This document shows, piece after piece, positions 55,440 through 64,000 of a DNA stretch of 64,000 bases. The stretch's first letter is position 1; each line of letters begins with the position of its first letter. The notes under the pieces were generated by a model. The model did no database searches, was not told the origin of the DNA, and was given only the letters and a program-made list of their open reading frames with translations. The DNA is from Camelus dromedarius. Its lineage: Eukaryota. The DNA lies in contig NC_087436.1 in NCBI RefSeq assembly GCF_036321535.1, forward strand, positions 90,398,001-90,462,000. The letters are read 5' to 3'. Made by a program: the position numbers and the translations under genes.

Positions 55440-56770
55440 ACAAGGTTCTAGTTAGAACATAAATAACTAATGGGGTTGTAACAGTACAATATGGTGACTT
55501 TAGTTAATATTGTATATATAAAGTTAGTAAGAGAGTAGGTCTTAGAATTTCTCGTCACAGGGGAAAAAAAAACCTAGCTATTTTGAGTTCTTTATCAGGG
55601 GTATTTTGGGGATTGGTTACGAGGAGATTATTGTGGTCCCTTATTGATGTCATGATTCCATGATTTTGTCTGTTTCTTGAAATCCTTGCAGTTGCTGTCA
55701 TTCCATTGGAAATAGCAGACACTTCCTCCAGTATTTACTGACTAACTTTAGGAGAGAATTTCCTTCCCACTGCTCTGCTAAGGATTTTGAGGCTTTCTCA
55801 GTCCTTTATCCTCAGTGGATACACCTGTGTCGCACTTCTTGCTTCCTCTCGTAGCAGAATTCTTTAGCATATAGTCTTCTGTCGGTCCCACAACACACCA
55901 GACTGATTGCTGACAGCCTCCCATTTGCTTTGCCAATGGTGACGCTAACACTCAAATTTCTAGTTGCACCTGGCCTGAGATTCAGGCTGATTTTCTGCAG
56001 TGCTCACTGGCCATCCGACGAAGCTCATTCTTGAGGCCATCTGGAGTGTTCACAGGCAGAGGGTCACACAGTTTGGGAAGTGTGTGGGTGAGATGCACAA
56101 AGCAGTGGGGGTTCCCATAGGGCACTTGGGAGGATCCACAAGAGAGGTTTCCCCAGTGGCTCTTTGGTGGCCTTCTTGATGGAGTTCACAATGCAGTTAG
56201 CAGACCCTGAATCCACATGCCTTTAATGCCTCCTCTCTGTTGCTCTCTCAGCAACTAGTGCAGCTCTCCCTACCCCAGCTAGTGCAGCTCACAGCTCAGT
56301 ACTCTGGATGAGGCAAAAAAAGAAACAGGGCCTCTTGGCAGCATCTCATATGGCTGGGGAGTCTGAGTACTCACTCACATACTCTCACTTTCCCCATGTG
56401 ATAAATCATGGACGAAGACAGTCTTTTTTGGCACAAACCTGTGCTTCCTTGGGGAAGTAGTTATGCAGGTAAAGTCAGGCAGTCAATCTTACCCTCTCCA
56501 GTGCATCCAAACTCATATATTTTTTTTTCTTCCAACAGTATGCAGGAACTACTCTACTGGAATCCGGGACTTCCACAAAAACTCTCGTCTACACATCTGA
56601 TTCTGTGTTCTCCGTGGACTCCGAGACCACACTGAGATGTGAGACCCAGTTTATGGAGCACTGTAGTGTCCACGGTCAGGACCAAGGTATGTATGACTAT
56701 TACTTGAAGCAAGCTGGTCAGCAGTTTATGATGGTTGATGTGGTCTGGATCCCTATGAAACTGAGGTTCT
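55440..56770. mobile_element. L1 pieces: short sense 3' tail (55440-55572) and antisense 5' region (55575-56770)
   Basis: gtacaatatggtgactttagttaata...aagagagtaggtcttagaatttctcgtcac, followed by an antisense L1 5'UTR/ORF1-like tract. Confidence 0.65.
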
Positions 56771-56958
56771 AAACAAACAAACATGTTTTGAATTTCCCCA
56801 TTTGGTTTGCTATTGATTCAAATTTATATGAATCATAGGAGTGTGATACACTCTTAACCACTGAAATTAATATTCCGTGGATCCTAAATTCAAAGTAAAA
56901 AATTGAAGTTCAAACACTGTTGTTTTTCTGTGCAATAGTCTTGTCAGTAATTACTTAC

Positions 56959-57553
56959 AAATATAATTAGATTATCTAAAATCCAAAAGTATATTTAATA
57001 TTGCTTTTGTGTTTCCTATCTGTATAACCATGCAGACTTGAGTAAAACTGATGAATATGTTTATAGGCTCCCACTGTCACTGATTCAATGGATCTATTAA
57101 CATTTAGACAGTGTTTATTACTTTTAATAAAATTTGCTGATAGAATATCATGTTAGGTGTAATTTAGTGTATTGAAGATGATACTTGTAGTTTACTGTCT
57201 GGGGAAATAGAAAAAAAATATATAGATAGCGTTGTTACCATAGAATACATTTCCCAATGTGTTTCTTCTAATCAAACAATTAATGAACTATTCAGTGTAT
57301 TCACTGCATGCATCATTACAAAGTTGGCATATGATTAATTCATGAGTGACAGCAGGGTATGTCACCTGGAATACAGTGATATGCACTTTGACCTTCAAAG
57401 CAGTCTTCACAAAAGACTCAGAAAATACTAAGGCCCCTGCACTAATCTTATATGGAATGCAAATAACACATTTAAAAGATGTTTTGCTTCAAGACAAAAT
57501 ACTTTGACCTAATGTTAAAACAGGACTTCATTACAAAGGCTAGAGTGAAGTTT
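56959..57553 (-). pseudogene. CNGK-like exon, S5-pore-S6 of repeat 1
   Basis: poly-T-aaag acceptor, gtaagt donor. Frames give AKHLLNVLFAFHI (S5), CCHS*INH (turret), QRYLYIFFYF..TTSI..HDILSANF (pore helix/filter remnant) and VCMVIQIGNTKAILN (S6). Confidence 0.6.
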
Positions 57554-59033
57554 CTTTAAAAAAAAAAAACAAAACCATGACAATAAATTTCACAGATTTT
57601 GCATGTGCTTTAAATATTTGTATATACTGTTAGGATGTAACCTTAAATCATTAAAATGTATTAGTTCATCTTACTTCCACATTTCAGCAAATGACACATA
57701 CCTAATATATGTCAAATATGTGCTTTTAATTACTTTGCCTCTAATTAATATGCTCTGATTATTTTTCTACTATAAAATATGAATTATTCTGAGTTATGGC
57801 ATATATACGTATATTTATATGTAATTATAGATATATTTATAATCCATTAAAGTGTTATTACATTCTGATGCCAAGTAAATTTGTTTTTCCATTAATACAC
57901 ATATCAGTTAGGATACTTGCACTAAATCTCAAACTAGCTTAAACAAAATCAATTAATTACTACTCTCCATATTATGACAAATTGCTAACAAACCTTTTAG
58001 ACTTAACAGTGCTCTTTTAGCTGACAATTAAAGAATAATAAAAGCTAGCCTCCTCCCTCAGTATCCACCTTAAATGCCCCAGTAACTCTGCTTCTGCTTA
58101 ATTCATATGTCTACCTCTGAGCTCATCATTATGGATACTCTGGCCACTCTGGGTTTCTGGTTCATCTCTGTAGGCATGAGAGATAAGTTCTTTATCAAGT
58201 GAGTCAGTAGCTTTTTCTGAAAGAAAAAAAGAAAAAGGAAAAGATTTCCATTTTAAGGAAAAAGGATAGTGAATGTTCAGAGTTCATAATATTCAAAGTT
58301 TCCACAGCCTGACTCTGGCCTTACAGACGTCAGCCTACCCCTTCAGGGATTTGGCCTCAAACTGCACACATAACCTCTGACAGTTATGAGAGCTTTGATC
58401 TCTCTTAATCTACTTCTGCTACTTCCTGTACTCAATAATAGTAGATATGAAGAAGTCTACCCTAGGTCCCAAGATTGGAAAGCCCCTCAATTTCAGCAGC
58501 ACAGGAACACCTGAACATTTCCTTCCCTTCAGGAAAACTAGTATGCCTTTTATTGCTCTTAGTGTAAGTCAAATCATAACTTTTCCTTTGGTTTATTTTC
58601 TTGTTCTTCTTATATCTCTCCAGCTACATCTCTCAAAAACTCTTCATCCTAAGCTCTGTTGTTCAGTAATACTATTTTTTGTTCTTTAAAGGTACTATAC
58701 CTTTTTTTACTATATTATTTCACTTGACATTTGATATGTTCTTCCCTTTGTTGGAATCCACCTGCCTCAGTGTCTTCACTAAGCTAACATATAGTCTCTT
58801 GTATTCTTTTATTATATACCATTTACTCTGGGAAGTTCATTCCTCTAAAAAAAGCTGACAGCCAATTGGCCAGATTTTCTGGTTAAACTCTAGATCTGTA
58901 CACTATAAAATAAAAACACATATTAGGGCCAAGATGTTAAAATGCCTATGAAAATGATTGCATGCCTAAATCTAAGCTCTCAATACTAAGGTTTAGGACA
59001 AAGGTCTTCATGTTATCATTTGCAAAATTATAC

Positions 59034-59257
59034 CGTGAAGGCAATTTTCATATTCTATAAGATAAACTGTAGGGTTTCTCTATCTCTCGAAGTTCTGGGC
59101 AATGACATGGTTGTTTTAACTTGCAAAATTATGTGACTGGGTGGATATTTTTCTAGTAATGCCAAAATGTAATGTTTAGAGTCACACAAAAGTAACACAA
59201 TCAAGATAGGTAAAGGGAGAGGTAGTGGAGAGAGAAGCTTAAAGTAAAGCAAGAGGC
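59034..59257 (-). pseudogene. CNGK-like exon, S3-S4 of repeat 1
   Basis: ORF 59055-59252 reads LYFKLLSPLPLPLPILIVLL (cf. S3 'F..DLLS.LP.D'), then LQVKTTMSLPRTSR. Flanked by cag and gtataa. Confidence 0.55.
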
Positions 59258-59639
59258 CTGTTTGCTAATTAGTATTTCCTTGTTTCCTGCTCTGATCTCC
59301 TCTTCATGCTGACATTGCTTCACAAACAATTTTTATCTATGTCTTTGTGCTGTTTTTGTACCTTCCACAATCCAGTGTAAGAACTCCTTCCCACATGTCA
59401 AAGTTAATGATAGTATCTCAGTGTCTTCCCGATTTAGAGATAAGCAAATATTCTGACATTTCAGTCACTCAGGATTTAATAAATTCCTCAAATTATTGAT
59501 GGAATCAATTGTTCACTCTCCCTTGAAAAATTATTTGAGTAGTAAATTGATTCCTCAGCTATGCTCAGAGAGATTATTAAAAAAAATAACAAAGGCTGGT
59601 CATGGTTATTTTGCTCCACTGTCTTGCTCTGCCTGTCTT

Positions 59640-59940
59640 CTGTTACTCAAAGAAAGTTATTTCATTATTGTTTGTGACTTTTCATGTGTTCGGAAGCTGG
59701 GGTGATTTATCATCAGATGTCAACAATGAGAAGGCAAATAAAAGCAACCCACTAGTGAGCCAACAAAGAACACCCTCTGAAACCAAGGGTTGCTATCTTA
59801 CTCCTCCCCAGATTATGCACCACTTTGAGATGTATAGTAAATCCAGGCATAAATAGAATGAGACCACGATGTCCTTATAGACTTGACCATAGTGAAAGGA
59901 TAAACTTTACTTTCACCTCTGTCCATTTTGTCCTACCAAC
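59640..59940 (-). pseudogene. CNGK-like remnant, S2 of repeat 1 (boundaries unclear)
   Basis: Frames give VSFYLCLDLLYI and FICLLIVDI / MINHPSFRT, resembling S2 'D..F..DI..NFRT'. Confidence 0.4.
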
Positions 59941-60019
59941 ATTGACTACAGGCCACGTGATGATTTGCCTATAAGATTAAATGAGCAATGAACTAATGAA
60001 TCATACTTCTAATTTTTTG

Positions 60020-60780
60020 ACATATAATTAACATTATTTTAATGTTGTAGTTCATGAGTTATGACAAATACACATACTAATATTACCATAACGACAGTCA
60101 AGAGATACAACATTTTCCACCTCCCGAAAAGTCCCTGTATGTCACTTTGCAGGCAACCTTTCCCTAATCTCTGATTCAGACAATATCTGCTGTGACTATA
60201 GATTAGTTTTGCCTCCTCTAGAACTTCATATATATGATGTATTTATTTCCTGAGTTATCTGTAAAAAATTACCACACACTTGGTGGCTTAACACAACAGA
60301 GCATGCAGAATTTATAGATTTGTTGTGGGGAAAACAGTTACCTTAAATAAGAAATACAAAAAAGAGTAGCAAAATAAATGCAAGTACTGCAGACTGAAAT
60401 TTACTAAATATTGGTAAGAAAAAAATAATAAGACAGTGACTTCCTTTTTATTTGGGGGATCCATCAGAAGGGTGAACTGGAAGGGGAGATATTTGAAACA
60501 TGAGAGAGATTCCACCTGCCCTTGTTTGAAGAAGTAGGAATACATGGAAAACATGAGAAGGAAGGTGGGTGGCCTCTAGGAGCAAAGACTAGCCCTTCAC
60601 CAACAGCCAGCAAGGAAATGGGTTCCTCAATACTATAAGTGAAAGAAAATGAATCCTGCCAACTGCATGAGCCTGGGACCAGGCTGGCCCCTAGAGCCTC
60701 CAGAGGAGCACAGCCCTACTGGGTATTATAAGCAAAAGCAGAAAGAACATGGCAACTAGACACCTGCAATGTAAGAGATA
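60020..60780. mobile_element. Antisense old L1 3' fragment followed by MLT1 LTR fragments
   Basis: gattagttttgcctcctctagaacttcatata; gcctctaggagcaaag...ccagcaaggaaatggg...ctagagcctccaga. Confidence 0.65.
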
Positions 60781-61214
60781 ACAGACAGAAGTTACATGAT
60801 ATATGTGTATCATGGATTTAAGTGTCTCTCTCACTTTTATTCCATGGAAACCCAATGCTTACATTCCAGGTGCTAAAGGAAAAAAAAAATAGGCATAGAA
60901 ATTTTGGGCTCTTATGTGTAATCCCTTTTGTTCCACTTTCTCACACAATTGTTTTGTTCTAAATCTGTGACAGTAGTGGACACTATATGCAAGAGAAACA
61001 AACTGTGCTTGACTATGTGAACAAAAGGTTAAAATGAAATAGCAAAAGAAAAGATAGTGGGACAAAATTAATTATCCAGGGTTATTTATTTGTATTGTGC
61101 AAGTTTTTTTTAAACTGCTTATGATTTAAATTATAGACCTTTTCTTAAGAAATTTTTTATATACTTCATTTTATTGCTGTAGAATTTAGAAGAAAATAAG
61201 ATACAGTCACTTAC

Positions 61215-61273
61215 CTGAAATCTCAACTAGAGCATATTGTAATCTGTAGTAGAATATAGGACCCCTTATTTCT
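61215..61273 (-). pseudogene. CNGK-like exon, pre-S1/S1 of repeat 1
   Basis: ttttag acceptor and cag|gtaagt donor. Translates EIRGPIFYYRLQYALVEIS, similar to the CNG pre-S1 motif 'P.G..YY.W'. Confidence 0.5.
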
Positions 61274-62990
61274 CTAAAAGTATCTGTCCTCAATTTTAAT
61301 AAATATAAATTATATTTCCATACACTATGTGTTTTTAAAGTGAATTGGATTTATAGTCAATGGTTAATCTAAAAGAATCTGTTACTTTAAATTGTGTATT
61401 AAAAAGGCTAAGCATTAAATAATCCATTTTTAAAACAATTTATTAATTGCAAAATAATAGCCATTGATTTTTCAACATGCTATGTGACTCTCTCTTTTGC
61501 CTGCATAAGGAGCATAGTATTTGATCATAGTGATAAAATGATTATAAAAAATATTGCAATAATTAGTCATATTGAGGCTAGTTTGGAAATGAGGCATAGA
61601 TACAGCAACAATAGTGTCCAGAGCACATTAATCTAAAATGAAAATATCCTAAGCCTTCTCATTTATTCTAAGTTGAATTCATATGGTTCAAGAATGTACT
61701 TAGGGAGTTTCTTTCATTAAAATTATCATTAACTTTAATTTTTAAAGATTTCCTTCCCACTCATATGACAGGAGGTATCTACTTAGTGACTTCTTCGGTG
61801 AACCAATATTCCCTCCACTGTCAGGATTTATAATTGAAGTGCTCTAAACTAAACCATTGTAACTGAACTGCACTTGACAGTGTCAGTGTGATTAGAGCCT
61901 ACAGGGGCTAATGTTCATTTTGTGTCTGCTGATTGAAAATTCCCGTATGTTACCAAGGTAGTGTAACCTTCTGCTTAGCATAGTTCTTTGGGAAAATGGA
62001 CAGAAATATGAAAAGCAAATCAGGTGAGAATAAAATAGAAGGTGAAAAAGGAAAATAAATGAGAATAAAAACTCTTCAAATGATTTAGGACAGGAAAAAT
62101 GAAGCAGATGATTTATGGACTTCAAAATCTAACTGATGCCGTAAGACCGCATATGTTACATTAGTATAACGTGGATTACAAACAAGTGGAAAGTATTGGC
62201 TTGAGCAGACTTGCACAGTGTCACTATTTCTGATATAGAAATACAGATTACCTTAAAGAAGAACCCTCTACAATGTGCCATTAGAGATGGCTTAAATGAT
62301 GCATTTAATCATAGCACTAGTTTCTAGATGAACTTTAGTATTAAGCACAGTATTAAAGGATGCTTTATCAAGGCATTCCAGATTTTATATCACACTGTTT
62401 ATATAATAAATATTTTATTTAATGAACTTGTATTATATTACATTTAATATGCCTGTCTGATAGAGGAAGGATGAGCTTGAGAGGGCTCTTACGTGCTTAT
62501 GGTAAAAGCTAGGAGGTTTTCTTAATTCATAAGTGTTTTAGGAAAATCTTTTACAGGTTATTTCATTCTTTTCCTTGAAATTCACCTCTCAAAATTTTCT
62601 TGAAATACTACTAACCCTGTATTTTCCTAAAATATTAAAATTCTTATTTCAATATTCTAAAAAATTGGGAACAAAATAGAAAAATAAAGTATTGTTTAGG
62701 ACATGGAATCCAAAAATGAGGATATAGTTTAAAAGTAAAATAGCTGTAGATTTAATGTTGGTATGAGAAAAAATTCCAGATATTTGCAGCACATGTCTTA
62801 CCAAGAGAACAATCAACTAATTAATCCAGTCTAGCATTACATGAGAAGGTTCCATGCTTTCACTGTTATCACCATATTTTGGGGACTGCGTAGTGTAATA
62901 ATTAGTTTGTGAGGCGTGCATCAGTAGGATCTCAGTTAGTATTCCGCTTCTGCCGTTCATTGATTTTATGAACTTGATCTTTACTTATAC

Positions 62991-63141
62991 TTTTGGGAAA
63001 TTTGTCTCCTTAAACGTAAATCATGGTTAATAAAGACTGGGTCATGTGGAGGATTAAGTATGTGAAGGAGATGGTGTGTGGAAGTGTGTCTATTTCCCTT
63101 CTCTTTTACTTTCTTCATTGGGATAAAGTGGCCTCGCAAAT
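62991..63141 (-). pseudogene. Candidate N-terminal exon of the CNGK-like pseudogene
   Basis: Acceptor cctttttcag, donor gtataagt, open frame DLRGHFIPMKKVKEKG...RRQISQK. No diagnostic motif; assigned by position only. Confidence 0.3.
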
Positions 63142-63369
63142 CTGAAAAAGGATGTGCACTTTTAATTTGTGTGGCCCTAAACACAGTCCTTGCAATGACA
63201 TTTGTTTCATGTCTTCTACCTCCCTGTTGGTTGGGGAAATGTAGCCAAGTCTGAGGTGTGGTACGGAATAATGAAAATCATGTGCCTTGAAAAATCAAGG
63301 GAAATATTAGGAGTGGTAAGAAGTCAAAGTATTCACTTAATGAATGAATGAAAATTATCCCCTGCCCAT

Positions 63370-63835
63370 CACTGGAAGACTTGAATCATAAGGATTCACC
63401 TGGGGACCTTGTAATATATGAATATTCTCAGCCCCACTCAAGCCTCTTAACTGAGTATGGGAGGAGCAGGGGACCAGAAACTGCTTATTGATCAAACTGC
63501 CAAACTCTCAAACTCTATAGCAGGTTGCCCATGGGGAAAAAGATAAAAAAGGATCTAAGATACGTACATGAAAACAAACCTTGAAGTGCCTAGTTATGCT
63601 GATTGTGTTTCTTCTGACTCCTGGTATGGTGCTCAAATAGTTAAAATTTTGTTTGGAGCAAAGGTTCTCAAATGTTTATATTCAAATACTAATCATTTGA
63701 AGGAGCTCGTAAAATGTTGTGAAACAACTCTCAGACTGCTGAATAAAAACCACAGTAAATCAGACAAACATCTAAGTATAAAGGTTCTGAAATAATTCTA
63801 ATACAGGTTTATATTTGAGGACCACTGGTCTAGAC
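63370..63835. mobile_element. MER5-like hAT fragments
   Basis: attcacctggggaccttgt..., terminal tttgaggaccactggtctaga. Confidence 0.45.
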
Positions 63836-64000
63836 TAGAGAGTGAGTTTGACAAGAAACAAATTTATAAACTATATCTGACTGAATAATATATTGCCAAA
63901 AAATTGACACCCAGATCTCAGGGACAAGTCTCTAGGTGAATGACAAAAATACTCAGGAATCCACTAATTTGTGTACCTATGCACTTTTACAAATGTTCTC

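Larger units (their letters stand above)
32416..63141 (-). pseudogene. Multi-exon unitary pseudogene of a four-repeat cyclic-nucleotide-gated K+ channel (CNGK/tetraKCNG-like)
   Basis: Colinear minus-strand exon remnants give TM/pore/C-linker/CNBD motifs four times in the correct order. CNBD-like segments lie at ~49.9-50.7 kb, 45.0-45.3 kb, 42.9-43.2 kb and 34.07-34.35 kb. Stops and frameshifts are pervasive; many segments are bounded by polypyrimidine-AG and GT(A/G)AGT-like sites. Ends are approximate. Confidence 0.75.

Noticed and set aside
570..63795. Short ORFs of the six-frame track as real genes
   Set aside because: They fall in L1/LTR debris, microsatellites, pseudogene fragments or their antisense frames; none forms an intact gene model.

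Overview
AT-rich, repeat-dense mammalian genomic DNA, probably camelid because it holds two tRNA-derived SINEs resembling the camelid Vic-1 type. No intact protein-coding gene is visible. Most of the window is old L1, MaLR/ERVL LTR, MIR/L2 and DNA-transposon debris. The main signal is on the minus strand (~32.4-63.1 kb): a chain of heavily decayed exons, many still with splice sites. Read by eye across frameshifts, they encode four tandem [S1-S6 + pore + C-linker + cyclic-nucleotide-binding domain] units. That is the architecture of the pseudotetrameric sperm channel CNGK (tetraKCNG), so this looks like a unitary pseudogene of a gene not known to me as intact in placental mammals. Inside one of its introns lie two processed pseudogenes joined tail-to-tail: KIF3C (+) and KLF13 (-). 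The KLF13 copy still forms a CpG island. All homology calls are from manual translation and memory of family motifs; no searches were run.
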